Assembly (NCBI GenBank): GCA_012862495.1
Contig: BLSG01000105.1
Location: 113,826 to 177,825, forward strand
Reading direction: 5' to 3'
Length of the DNA: 64,000 bases
DNA from: Thraustochytrium aureum
Lineage: Eukaryota
The first letter of the stretch is position 1, and each line of letters begins with the position of its first letter. The position numbers were made by a program, and so were the translations under genes. Of this stretch, positions 33,396 through 44,850 are shown piece by piece. The notes beneath the pieces were generated by a model that worked only from the letters and a program-made list of their open reading frames with translations, did no database searches and had not been told where the DNA came from.

Positions 33396-35975
33396 ATGGA
33401 AAANNNNNNNNNNNNNNNNNNNNNNNNNNNNNNNNNNNNNNNNNNNNNNNNNNNNNNNNNNNNNNNNNNNNNNNNNNNNNNNNNNNNNNNNNNNNNNNNN
33501 NNNNNNNNNNNNNNNNNNNNNNNNNNNNNNNNNNNNNNNNNNNNNNNAGCGTCGGCGGCGGCGGCGGCGGCGAACCCGGCAATAGAGCGTGGTAGGTCGA
33601 ACCTCGTGCTCGGGGGAGATGACGAGCTCGAATCGAGGATGACCACCGTGGCTCGGCACCCCGTCATTACCAAAATCTACAACCTCATGAACGGTCAAAA
33701 GTGGACGACCTTTATCACCGGAGTCACCATATACGCCCTCTTTGCCGATGACATCCGGACCTCTGCCTTCAACAAGTCGGCAGACGCCGTTTTCGACGTC
33801 TTCTCCCTTCTCGCGATGCTGGCCTTCATGTTTGAGTTTGTGGTCTTCACCGTGGCCAAGCCGGGATACTACAAGGGGTTCTTCTTTTGGCTCGACCTCG
33901 TAGCCACCGTGACCATGTTCAGCGATGTCGGGTTCATCTGGGACCCAGTCCTACAGCTCATGCTTGGCGACAACACGCAATCCTTAGCGAGCCAGAACAC
34001 GCTCGCGGCGATCAAGGCCTCGCGTGTGGGGGCCAAGGCGAGCCGCATGGTCCGCATCGTGCGCATTGTGCGTTTGGTGCGCATGGTGAAGCTCTACAAG
34101 GCTGCGAACGAGAAGAGCGCCGGCCGGGACGACGGCCTCCAGGACAGCGTGTCGGTCGTGGGCAAAAAGCTCACTGACAAGACTACTCAACGAGTCATTT
34201 CGGTGGTGCTCTGCATGCTCTTTGCCATGCAGTTTTTCAACTACAGCCTGTACGTCAACAAGCCCAGCCGTGGCATGTACGGGCTGTACCGCATTCACAA
34301 GCTGTTTCAAGAATCCAAGGCAAAACTCGGCACCGCCGAATTTGAGGCATTCGTGGAAACGCGATTCAAAGAGGAGGTCCAGGACCTATCACGAGGCCAC
34401 GAAAACCAGCGCCTGTTGTACGTCAACATCTACGGCGACACCGACGAGCGCGCCTTTGACTTTTTGCGCGAAACAATGTGGTTCGATCCCATTACCGGCA
34501 GAATACAGTACAAGAACGAGGAGCTCGACTACACCCCCAGCGTGGGCGACACTGGCACGTACGACGAGGTCATCGAAACCTTTCGCCCTACCGAGTTCGA
34601 AGTTGCCAGCGCCGAGTTTTGCGTTGCAAACGGCACCGGGGAAATCATCTACCCGATCCAGACCACGTGCAGCTCGTTCGCACTCTTTGACATCAGCGAC
34701 GCAGTGCGTTGGAACGCAGGCCTGAACGTCGCCCAGACTATTTTCATCATGATCGTTCTCGCGGGCGGCAACATGGTCCTGTCCAGCGACGCCGAAACGC
34801 TGGTCATCCGACCCATCAAGCGCATGGTGCGGTGCGTCAATCAGCTCGCCGAGAACCCGATGAGCGTCCAGTCTGGAGAGGATTCCGAGGCGTCCTTAAA
34901 TCGGCAGGATGCTGATGAGACCGTGATGCTTGAGCGTACAATCGCAAAGATTGGCCAGCTTTTGCAGATCGGGTTTGGCGAAGCAGGCTCCGAGATTATC
35001 GCTAAAAACATGGGGAGCAGCACCGGCATCGATCCCATGTGCGATGGGTTCAAGGTGGAGGCCGTTTTTGGGTTTTGCGATATTCGCGACTTCACCGACA
35101 CCACCGAGTGCTTGCAAGAGCAGACCATGGTTTATGTCAACTGCATCGGGGCCATCGTGCACGAGGCTACGCACCAGTGGCACGGTGTGGCCAACAAGAA
35201 TATCGGAGAAGCCTTCTTGCTCGTGTGGAAGCTGGACAATAGGCGCGCCTCCAGTGTAGGCAACATTTGCGACAGCGCGCTCGTGGCCTTCCTGCGCACT
35301 ATCGTGGACCTCAAGCGCGAAAACGGGGCGGGGGGCTGCCTCAACAAGTACAGAACCAATGCGCTAATCTGCAAGCGCTTCGGGGAGGGCAAATTTGAGA
35401 CCGAGCTCGGGTTGGGGCTCCATGTTGGCTGGGCAATCGAGGGCACGATCGGGTCGAGGTACAAGATCGACGCCTCGTATCTCTCGCCAAACGTCAATAT
35501 GGCCTCGCGCCTCGAGGCTGCGACCAAGCAATTCGGCACGCCGCTCCTCCTGTCCGAGGACTTTTACGATATGCTGTCCTCCAAAGCTCGCAAGCGCTGC
35601 CGCCAGATCGACCGAGTCACCGTCAAGGGGAGCATCAACCCAATGGGCATTTTCACGTGCGACGTCTTGGCCTATCCAGACACCTTCGGCCATCCAGAAT
35701 ACAGTCTTGACGGCTCGCGCCTTCCGTTTGACTTTGGCGGGCCTGAAATGGACTCTATCCAAGTCGGCATGCCTGACAAGTTTTTCGCCAGCTTCAAGGC
35801 TGCGATGAACTCGTACTTTGCGGGCGAGTGGGGGCAGTGCAAGTCGAAGCTCGAGGATATCCTTCAGGTGAAACCAGATGACGGGCCTACCGTTTCGCTG
35901 CTCGAGGTCATGGCGAAGAGCGACTACAAGGCTCCGCCCGACTGGAGCGGCTATCGAGCGCTCACCAGCAAGTGA
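33396..35975 (+). CDS. Voltage-sensor/ion-channel-like domain fused to class III adenylyl cyclase (ciliate and Plasmodium AC-alpha type)
   Basis: S1-S4 with RMVRIVRIVRLVRMVKLYK and HAMP-like LVIRPIKRM. Cyclase motifs FGFCDIRDFT, NKNIGEAF, GLHVGWAIEG and KIDASYLSPNVNMASRLE. C-terminus DWSGYRALTSK. The start is uncertain because of a small gap. Confidence 0.92.
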   Translation: MEXXXXXXXXXXXXXXXXXXXXXXXXXXXXXXXXXXXXXXXXXXXXXXXXXASAAAAAANPAIERGRSNLVLGGDDELESRMTTVARHPVITKIYNLMNGQKWTTFITGVTIYALFADDIRTSAFNKSADAVFDVFSLLAMLAFMFEFVVFTVAKPGYYKGFFFWLDLVATVTMFSDVGFIWDPVLQLMLGDNTQSLASQNTLAAIKASRVGAKASRMVRIVRIVRLVRMVKLYKAANEKSAGRDDGLQDSVSVVGKKLTDKTTQRVISVVLCMLFAMQFFNYSLYVNKPSRGMYGLYRIHKLFQESKAKLGTAEFEAFVETRFKEEVQDLSRGHENQRLLYVNIYGDTDERAFDFLRETMWFDPITGRIQYKNEELDYTPSVGDTGTYDEVIETFRPTEFEVASAEFCVANGTGEIIYPIQTTCSSFALFDISDAVRWNAGLNVAQTIFIMIVLAGGNMVLSSDAETLVIRPIKRMVRCVNQLAENPMSVQSGEDSEASLNRQDADETVMLERTIAKIGQLLQIGFGEAGSEIIAKNMGSSTGIDPMCDGFKVEAVFGFCDIRDFTDTTECLQEQTMVYVNCIGAIVHEATHQWHGVANKNIGEAFLLVWKLDNRRASSVGNICDSALVAFLRTIVDLKRENGAGGCLNKYRTNALICKRFGEGKFETELGLGLHVGWAIEGTIGSRYKIDASYLSPNVNMASRLEAATKQFGTPLLLSEDFYDMLSSKARKRCRQIDRVTVKGSINPMGIFTCDVLAYPDTFGHPEYSLDGSRLPFDFGGPEMDSIQVGMPDKFFASFKAAMNSYFAGEWGQCKSKLEDILQVKPDDGPTVSLLEVMAKSDYKAPPDWSGYRALTSK

Positions 35976-36268
35976 TGATGATGATGCGCCGCAAACGAGC
36001 GCGCACTCGGGTCCGGTTGACCAATGTCGAGAGCCGAGTCTGCGCCCACGCGTCGAGCCCGATGCTGTCTTGCTATGTGAAATCTAATCTTCTTTCCTTG
36101 TCCTTGTAAGTACACAAACCAACCGCCCTTGCTCTGGCCCCAGCCACGCGCCGCCGCCCACGTGTCCACATTCGTTTTTCGACACAATCAAAACCCCAGT
36201 TCTCTCTCCAGCGTTCACGCCACTGCACAGGGTGGCGCGGCTCGATTGTTTGGTCAAGGAGGATCCGC

Positions 36269-36325
36269 CTTGGTTTGGTTTGGTTTGGTGCACTGCACTG
36301 CACTGCACTGCACTGCACTGCACTG
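36269..36325. repeat. Compound microsatellite (TTTGG)n(GCACT)n
   Basis: Read directly from the sequence. Confidence 0.9.
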
Positions 36326-37066
36326 CCGCCAGCCAGGCGGCCGGCCGGGTCTTCCAGGCGCACCTCGATGCGGTGGATAGGTAGCGACCACCTGGCAAAA
36401 GTGGAATAGAGTCGCGGCACCATTTCCCGCCGGTGTGCACTCGTTCCCCGCAACTCTTGACTTTGCGAGGCACCGGGAGCGCTCACGTTTCCTTCTGAGC
36501 CTTGCAATTTCGCGAGAAAAGTAATCACAAAACCGCTTTCCCCCCTCATTCAACTCAGAGGCGATCCGCTGAAGTTGAACTCCAACGCAGCTGTTCCACA
36601 GAGGAGGAAGGGCTGTCGCCCTCTCAATGACCCCTGGCGCCGCAGCGTTTTCGATGAGAGGAAACAGGGGGAAAAGACGAGAGTCTTGACAAGGTACAGG
36701 GAGAGGGCACAACCAAAAGTGGCAAGCAGACCCGAAACGAGACAGTGCGCGCAGCAGCCGACGAGCGACGAATCGCACAAGCAAGCGAGCTCGCGGCAGG
36801 GACCGATCGCGGCGGAGACGAAGCGGCGCCGGCGAGACGAGGGCACGCGGCTTGGCGCTACGTCGGTGCAGGCGCGGCAGGCCGACCAAGCGCGGCTCGG
36901 CCGGGACGAAGCCAGGCCACCCCCCCCGCCCACACAGCGCTGCGGCGGGTGCTGTATCTAGCTAGAAAAGGCTCGCGCTGCGAAGGCGCGCGCGCTCTCC
37001 GTCGCGGTCGACTGCGCCCTTGGCAGACGCTTCCTGCACGAGTAAATACGCGCTGGCCTTGGCGGG

Positions 37067-37738
37067 ATGAAGTTCCGCGACATGCTCTCGCGCGGCGAGA
37101 AGAAGACGCTCAAGCCAACCAAGGCGCACTCGACCCTCAAGCGCACAACGCTTTCCAAGCTGACAAAGCGAACGCTGGGGTCAGGAAACCTTCGCGCCGC
37201 CGTGGCCCTCCCGCCCGGCGAGGACGTCCACGAGTGGATCGCCGCCAACACGGTCGACTTTTACAACGAAATCTCCCTCCTGTATGGACTCGTCGTGGAC
37301 GAAGCCGTCGCGATGTTCAAGGAGCCTGGCGAGGGCTTTCCACCCAACATGGAGTACCGCTGGGGCGAGAGCAACTCGAAAAAGCCGCTGCGCGTCTCGT
37401 CGCCAGAGTACGTCGACTACGTGATGACGTGGGTCGAGGACCAGCTTGACAACGAGGAGATCTTCCCAACGCTCGAGAGCACCCCATTCCCGCCCAACTT
37501 TCTCGAGTACGCGCGCAACATCTACAAAAAGCTGTTCCGGGTCTTTGCCATCATGTACCACCGGCACTTTGAGTCCTTCGTGGAGATCGACGCGCAGGCG
37601 CACCTCAACACCTGTTTCAAGCACTTTGTTTTCTTCGCAATCGAGTTTGACCTCGTTGACGAGGCCGAGCTCAAGGCCCTCGACGGGCCTGTTAAACGGT
37701 TGAAGGAGGAGTACAAGGAGCAGGGCGATAAGATGTAG
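37067..37738 (+). CDS. MOB1: MOB kinase activator (Mob1 family)
   Basis: TLGSGNLRAAVALPPGEDVHEWIAANTVDFYN, FKRLFRV-like KKLFRVFAIMYHRHF, AHLNTCFKHF. Confidence 0.95.
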   Translation: MKFRDMLSRGEKKTLKPTKAHSTLKRTTLSKLTKRTLGSGNLRAAVALPPGEDVHEWIAANTVDFYNEISLLYGLVVDEAVAMFKEPGEGFPPNMEYRWGESNSKKPLRVSSPEYVDYVMTWVEDQLDNEEIFPTLESTPFPPNFLEYARNIYKKLFRVFAIMYHRHFESFVEIDAQAHLNTCFKHFVFFAIEFDLVDEAELKALDGPVKRLKEEYKEQGDKM

Positions 37739-37897
37739 GCCGGCCGGCCGCCAGACACGCGAAAGCCGCGGCGTGGCGTGCACGACATGCCACTCTCTAA
37801 AAATGAACAGAAACCCACAACAACCGCAGCGACCCACGTCCTTGGCTGCGCTGCATCGCACTGCGGCTGGGCGGCTTGCTTGCTGTTTGCTTGCGTG

Positions 37898-38539
37898 CTA
37901 CATGAGCGTACCGCGGGCCTCCGTCTTGTCCGCGCGCGTCGACTCGTGGTCCTTGAGCTGCGCCCGAGCCTCGTACGTGAACTCCACGACGCCGCGCCGC
38001 GCGGTTGTGCCCTCGCCCTTGAGGCCCAGGAATGTGATCCGCGTCGAGTCCGCGCCGTAGTTTTCCGAAACGAAGATGGTCAGCGACGTGATCATCGAGA
38101 ACTTGGAAGCCCTCACCGGGTAGTCGATTGCCCCGCCAAAGTCCTCTTGGAGTTCAAACTCCTGGACCCCGGGCATGTCCTTGGCCACGTCAAAGTCTAC
38201 GTCGTCCCGGTTCGTGAATAGCTTGATTTTCGAGGGACTCTCGCCGTTCGCGCCGCCGATCAGGCAAAACGACTTGAGCTTGACAGCAGCGGTGAAGGGA
38301 ATGTGCAAGATTATCTCGGCGTCGTCCTCCTCGCTCAGCAGAAACTTCGAGTCGTCCAATTTGTCCCGAAACGACTTGATACAGTTGCGAGCCATGCCTT
38401 CCTCTCGCTCGTTCAGGCACGTCATGTGCTCCGTGTCGATGAACGGCAGGAGCGACTGGCCGTCGGGGTCGTCCGGCTGGCAACTCCCGCCGGCGCCGTG
38501 GCTATGCCCATGGCCACCCCGCCCCATGACTATGTCCAT
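37898..38539 (-). CDS. PITHD1: PITH domain-containing protein 1
   Basis: His-rich N-terminus, SLLPFID, CLNE, IILHIPFTAAVKLKSF, SPSKIKLFTNR, TRITFLGLKGE, YEARAQLKDH. Confidence 0.92.
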   Translation of the reverse strand: MDIVMGRGGHGHSHGAGGSCQPDDPDGQSLLPFIDTEHMTCLNEREEGMARNCIKSFRDKLDDSKFLLSEEDDAEIILHIPFTAAVKLKSFCLIGGANGESPSKIKLFTNRDDVDFDVAKDMPGVQEFELQEDFGGAIDYPVRASKFSMITSLTIFVSENYGADSTRITFLGLKGEGTTARRGVVEFTYEARAQLKDHESTRADKTEARGTLM

Positions 38540-39740
38540 GGCCGCCAGACCCTCCGGCCGCCTCCCCGCCAGTCCCAGCCGCGCCCGCGGTGCCTCGCTC
38601 CACCGCCTCGTCCCTGCACTGGCTCATCGCGGCCCGCCGCTGCTCTGCCCAAAAATCCTCAAAATCCCCAGAATCCGGTCGCAGCTCACGCGCCAGAGCA
38701 GCAGCGCGCGCCGCAGCGCAACGCCGGTACTCGACTGCTCCCGAGCCGTGCGGCCGACCGAGTGAGTGCCCGACCGAGGAAGCGCCTGCTTTGCGCACTG
38801 TGAGCGGCCTCGTGTGGTCTTGCGTTCAATCAGGTTTTGAAGGTGCTTGAAGCGGGACGGCTGTGCTCGCGCGCGACAGAAGCCGCGTGCTGACGAGACC
38901 CTGAGCGAGCGAGCAAGCAAGCGAGGGAGGGAGAGACCTGCCAGAGTCCCGTGGGAGCCGGAATCAAGACCAAAACCCTGACGAATGATAGCTGAGTAGG
39001 ATAGATGGCCTGCCTTCCGGCGTTGGCTCGTCGACGACCGACCGATCGATGACCCGCGGATCGAATTAGATTGTTGCGCCGAGCAGCAACCTCTTGACGA
39101 AACCGACGAAGAGGCAAACCAGCGAGTCCCAGCCACCAGTGGCCTCGACCGCGACGGGTAGGAACTTCTTGCTCGAAGGCGACACGGCTCTTTAGCGAGC
39201 TGCAGGGTTTTCGCAGCTTCGCGAATCGCCGCGGCGCGGCCAACCTGCCGCGGCGCGGCCAACCTGCCTCGCGCGTGCAAAGAGTACCTCTCTGCGCTCG
39301 AGGTGCGCGGACCAGCTCCTTCCGGGTCCCGATGCGGACGTTCCGGTTGGCGTCCGCCACGCCCGAAACCGTCGATAAACCCACCTGGCACAGGGGGGAA
39401 AGCCTCGCCCGGGGCGCCGACCCGAGGGCGGCGGCCGAGCGACCCGCGAGACCGCATCGTCCGCCCGCTCATAGCTGACCACGTTGGCCAGGCGCGAGCA
39501 CCACGCGTACTCGTACTTCATGGGCCGCGAGTGCGCGCTACCGAAGCGCCAGGGAGCAAAAGGAGCAGGATTTTGCTCGGCAGCGTTGGCTGGCTGTGAC
39601 GCGCGGCGCAGAGCCCAATCGCGACGCGCGAAGAGCAGGCGAGAGCGAGTAGCTGGGGCGACAGGCGCTGTGGCATTGCTGCAAGCGGGGCGTAGGCTGC
39701 GCGACGTCACGGCGCGACCGGCGGCGGTGAAGCGGAGGAA

Positions 39741-40999
39741 ATGGAGCTCAATGTGCAGGTGAACTCGAGCCTGGTGGTCGGCCTGGCCGCTGGCACGGCG
39801 ATCGCGTCGCCCTCGCTGGCCACTGCGGGACGGCGGCCGAGTGGGGCGCGCTGCTGTGCCCCCACGTCCTGGCTGCCAAGCTCGGCTTTGGCAGCACGGC
39901 GTGCCCGAAGGCCAAGGCGCCGGCCAAGCCTGTCGGCTCCTCGTGCTGTGTCGGCGCGCCCTCCGCAGCCGCCGCGACCGCCGCGGTGGCGAGCGGCGGC
40001 GCGGAGGGAAAGGGCGTCGAGGAGGAGCGCGCCGAGGAGCGCGAGGCTTTCTGGTTCAAGGAGGGCCTGACCGAGAACTTTCGCGTCGAGGTTTCGCTCA
40101 AACGCATCCTCTTCGACGGGAGGTCCGACTTTCAGCGTGTCCAGGTAATCGAGACCGACCAGTTCGGTCGCACCCTTGTCATGGACGGCCAGACACAGAG
40201 CGCCTTGGCGGACGAGCACATTTACCACGAGTCACTGGTGCACCCCGCCATGCTCTCGCACCCGAACCCCAAGTCGGTGTTCATCGGCGGAGGCGGCGAG
40301 TTTGCCACTGCGCGCGAAGTCCTTCGCCACAAGAGCGTCAAGCGCTGCGTCATGGTCGACATCGACAAGGTCGCCTGCGACATCTGCCGCGAGCAGCTGC
40401 CCGAGTGGAACGGCGGCGCTTACGAGGACCCGCGCTTCCAGGTCGAGTACACGGACGCCAAGGCCTGGCTCGAGGGATGCGACGAAACCTTTGACGTCAT
40501 CATCATGGACATTTGCGACCCGATCGAGGCCGGCCCTGGCTACAAGCTGTACACGAACGAGTTTTACACCTTCTTGCGCCAGCGGCTCAACGACGGCGGC
40601 GTTTTCGTGACCCAGTCCGGCCCCGGCGCCGTCTACAACGCCAAGGAGGAGTGCTTCACCGTGATCCACAACACGCTGTCCTCGGCGTTTGACGTCGTTG
40701 TTCCCTACGCCGTGGATGTGCCCTCGTTCGGCTGCAACTGGGGCTTCAACTTGGGATTCAACCTGCGCGAGGGCGAATCGGACAAGGCTGCGGCGCTCGC
40801 CGCTGTCGTGGACCGTCCGCTCGCTGACCTTGACGAGGCGATTGAGTCGCGGATCTCGGGCGGGTCGGCGGCGATGCGTTTCTTGGACGCTATCGCGTGG
40901 CGTGGAATGACCGGCCTCCCCAAGGAGATCCGCCGCTCGTGCGACGAGGAGGACCGCGTGATGACCATCGACAACCCCGTGTTTATGTACTCGTCGTAG
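39741..40999 (+). CDS. Polyamine aminopropyltransferase, thermospermine synthase (ACL5)-like; probable frameshift near 39805 in the N-terminal extension
   Basis: DEHIYHESLVHPAM, GGGGEFATAREVLRH, MVDID, DVIIMDICDPIEAGPGYKLYT, GVFVTQSGP, PSFG..WGF. Confidence 0.9.
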
Positions 41000-41365
41000 G
41001 CGAGAGCGCCAGCTTGCGCTTTGGTCGGGAGTAGTTTCAAAATAAAACTCGGTTTCACTCTTGACTCGTTCCACGCCTCGCTCTTGTGGAGAGGGCGCGC
41101 GAGAGCCGCCGCGGAGCGCGCGACAGCGAGACCCGATGTGCTCCCGCTCGAAAAAAAAAGAGAATGTGCGGATTTTCTGTAAATGAATTGACAATTGAGC
41201 TCGTGCGCTGCCGGCGCAAACCAGCAGCCGAGCCTCTTTTTGGAAAGGCGCGCTGCGTTGGTGCCTATCCTCTCGTCGTCGTTGCCAAGCTGAGGTCCGC
41301 GCGACCGCCGCGCTGATGAATTCTGATCTCCGACCGCGCTACTCCAAATTGCGCGGTCGGTCGGT

Positions 41366-41779
41366 TCAAAATCGCTCGAAGCCTTGGCCAACCGTCTGCA
41401 CATCCTGCCGCTCAAAGTGGCGTTGCTGCAGGTGATGCGTCGCATCATGACGATTGTCTTGCTGACGGTCCTGCAGGTGCCCGCCTTGGCGGTGCACGTG
41501 CTGCGCTTGAAAGGCCGCCATCTCTCGCTCAGCGAGCAGCTGCTGCTCTTGGAACTGCTGTTGCTTGACCGAGTGAAAGTACGGGTGGTCGAGCGCCTCC
41601 TTGGCAGTGATTCGCTCCGCCGGGTCGTAGCGCAGCATGCGCCGCAGCAGATCAATCCCCTGCGGATCGGCAATGCCCGGCACGACGTTGTGGAGGCTGC
41701 GCCCCGGCCACTGCGGGAACGTGTCTTTGTAGTCGACCAGCTGCGAGACACCGGGCCAAACCTGGTCGGTGGGGGTTCC
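41366..41779 (-). CDS. Cyclin-dependent kinase (CDK1/2-like), C-terminal fragment; remainder in gap 41780-42453
   Basis: GTPTDQVWPGVSQLVDYKDTFPQW...DLLRRMLRYDPAERITAKEALDHPYF. The 674-nt gap fits the roughly 220 missing residues. Confidence 0.88.
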   Translation of the reverse strand, partial: GTPTDQVWPGVSQLVDYKDTFPQWPGRSLHNVVPGIADPQGIDLLRRMLRYDPAERITAKEALDHPYFHSVKQQQFQEQQLLAEREMAAFQAQHVHRQGGHLQDRQQDNRHDATHHLQQRHFERQDVQTVGQGFERF

Positions 41780-43101
41780 NNNNNNNNNNNNNNNNNNNNN
41801 NNNNNNNNNNNNNNNNNNNNNNNNNNNNNNNNNNNNNNNNNNNNNNNNNNNNNNNNNNNNNNNNNNNNNNNNNNNNNNNNNNNNNNNNNNNNNNNNNNNN
41901 NNNNNNNNNNNNNNNNNNNNNNNNNNNNNNNNNNNNNNNNNNNNNNNNNNNNNNNNNNNNNNNNNNNNNNNNNNNNNNNNNNNNNNNNNNNNNNNNNNNN
42001 NNNNNNNNNNNNNNNNNNNNNNNNNNNNNNNNNNNNNNNNNNNNNNNNNNNNNNNNNNNNNNNNNNNNNNNNNNNNNNNNNNNNNNNNNNNNNNNNNNNN
42101 NNNNNNNNNNNNNNNNNNNNNNNNNNNNNNNNNNNNNNNNNNNNNNNNNNNNNNNNNNNNNNNNNNNNNNNNNNNNNNNNNNNNNNNNNNNNNNNNNNNN
42201 NNNNNNNNNNNNNNNNNNNNNNNNNNNNNNNNNNNNNNNNNNNNNNNNNNNNNNNNNNNNNNNNNNNNNNNNNNNNNNNNNNNNNNNNNNNNNNNNNNNN
42301 NNNNNNNNNNNNNNNNNNNNNNNNNNNNNNNNNNNNNNNNNNNNNNNNNNNNNNNNNNNNNNNNNNNNNNNNNNNNNNNNNNNNNNNNNNNNNNNNNNNN
42401 NNNNNNNNNNNNNNNNNNNNNNNNNNNNNNNNNNNNNNNNNNNNNNNNNNNNNACCAGAGTGTCGATGGATCGATCGATGGCTGGCTGGCTGGCTGGCTG
42501 GATTGATTGATCGATCGATCGATCAATCAATCGATCGACCCAATGCCTCCTGGGTGCCTCAGAGTTTGGTTTTTGAACGGCTGGGCTGCGATGATCTGGG
42601 TCTGCTTGACTGTCCATCAGCTCCTCCGTCGAATCCTCCTCCTCCGCCGCCGCCGCCGCCGCCCTCCTCCCTCCCTCCTGCCTGCCTGCCTGCGGCTCCT
42701 GCGCCCCTTCTCTTCTGGTGGATCCTGCGCTGACTTGGAGAGAGGCAAAGGCAGGTCGCGCCTCCTGGGGCGAGGAGGAGTATTGACGCGGCAGGTCGTG
42801 GGACACGGGGGAGCGCGGAGAGGGGGCGGCCGGTCAAGAGCGCGGTTGAAATGCGCGACGCCGCGAGGAGCCCCTCATGTTGGAGGTGCCGCGCATGGGA
42901 GGGCGAGGAGCGGCGGATCGCCGTTCATGCAGTGGAGCTCGAACTACTCTGTGATCTGTGATGAGCTAAACTTTTCAAGGATAGGCCTACAGAATGGACC
43001 GTGACGGACAGATGCACGCAAGGCAGGTCGTTCGTTGATTGCGATGGCGGATGGGCTTGGCTAGTTGGCATGGCTGCAATCCATGCCGATGGACGGGTCG
43101 G

Positions 43102-43140
<39 letters not shown>

Positions 43141-43457
43141 TGGCCATGCGCCGCGGAATCTGTTCTGATGAGCTCGCTCTGGCACTGGCACGGCTGGTGG
43201 TGGTGGCGGTGGGCGCGATGATATCGCGCGGCGCCGCGACGCGAATCGGCTGGGGCAGCGCGTCGAGGCGCGTCCCAAACCAACGTGCATCGGAGGAAAC
43301 GGCGCCAGCGGCGCAGCTGATGGCAGAATGGACGGGGTATTTTGCGTTCGAGCACCGAAGCGCCGAGGACTCCCCCCGGACAAGAACCACAACCGGGCCC
43401 TGTGGGCGAACGGGAGCGCGTGACGAACAGGCAAGAGGCAACGGCCAACGGCCGCCG

Positions 43458-44850
43458 CTAAGAGACGGGGCAGCACTTGGCAGCGGCCTCTGTGGATCCC
43501 AGCGCCGCCGTTGCAGCCGCAGCGCGGCTCGAGCCTGGCTCCAGCAAAACCAGCGAGTGCACGCACCCTGGCGATCTGCCCTGGCTTGCGAGGTCGGCCG
43601 CAGTGTATCCGCCGTTGTTGCGCAGGGTGGCGTCGGCGCCGGCATCCAGGAGGAGGCGGATCACCTCCACATGGCCGCCCCTCGCAGCGAGCATCAGCGC
43701 GGTCTCCCCCTTGCCATTTTGAAGGTCCAGTGCAGCGCCCCCGTCCATCAACGCGGAGCACATTGGATTGTAGCCGCCCTCTGCCGCAAACATGAGCGGC
43801 GTGTCCCCTTGGCAGTCTGCGCGTTGACGTCGGCGCCAGCGGCGATGGCCACGCCGGCGCCGACTCTAAAGTTGCCATGCACAAGATCGTGCAGAAGCGT
43901 GCCGCCAGGGTCGCCCTTGTACGCGGCGGGATCGAACGACGCCAGGAAGTCCGCGACGAAGTCCGCTTGCTGGAAGACGGCGGCTTGAACGGCAGGGATG
44001 CCCATGATGCGCCAGTTGTTGTAGATCGCCGTTCGCACGCGCGTGTTGAGGTCGTCGTAGCCTCCCTGCCCCTCGATGAGCGTGATGATGCGCTTCTGGT
44101 CAGCCTCGAAGCTCGCTCGAGCCTTGCGGATATCCGTCGCGTACACGAGGGCGGTGACCTTGTCAACGTCATCAAAGGCAGAGAACTCCGCCGCTGCGCC
44201 CGCCTGCGCGGGCCTCAATTGGCTGCCCATTTTAATAATCAGGGGCTGAGAAAGGCGCACGGTCTCATTGATCTCGTACAAGCACCAAGACCGAGCGACA
44301 GGATTCGCGTTCGAAGAAGTCAGGCTCGGGTTCCAGACGAGAAGCGTGCCGCGCGGGGCCGCCCCAATGACGCGGCCGAGTTGTTGGAGGTCGTCCTCCT
44401 GGCCAACTTGCGGGTGCTGAACAACGGCGAAGATGTCCACCCAAACTTTGCGCGTCAGGTCAGACCGGTCGCAGCACGCCGCGACGAGGTCGCCCCAGCA
44501 CCCGCTCCATGTATGGCTCACAAAGCTTTGCACGGGCCCAGTGTAAGGCCGCACGGCGCTGAGCTCAACGAACCTGCACTTTTCTGCGTCCGTGAGTGGG
44601 GTGATGTACTCCGCGACCACGTCTGCGGTCTTGGCACTCCAGAGCCCCAGCGCCTCTGTGAACGCCAGCAGAAACCCTACGGACACGCCGCGCATCGACG
44701 TGTCTTTGATTGGCGCGCTCGCGGCGGAATTCGCCGGCCCCAGCGTCTCGTCCCTGCCGGCTTGCGCAAGTACCGCCCGCACTTTCTCTTCCTGCAGCGC
44801 CCGTTCCAGCCTCTGCAGCTCCATCTTCTGCCGCGAGGCTCTGCGCCAGC
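43458..44850 (-). CDS. HET/TIR-like domain plus ankyrin repeats; 5' partial, frameshift near 43808
   Basis: FVSHTW, VWVDIFAVVQH and RSWCLYEI, followed by ankyrin repeats GADVNAQ..G(D)TPLMFAA and GETALMLAARGGHVEVIRLLLDAGAD. One extra G in the G-run restores the frame. Confidence 0.75.

Noticed and set aside
36269..36290. Interstitial telomere (TTTGG)n
   Set aside because: Only about 4 units, adjacent to another pentamer microsatellite; similar short SSRs (GACT, GCCT, GATC, GCGA) occur in most intergenic regions.
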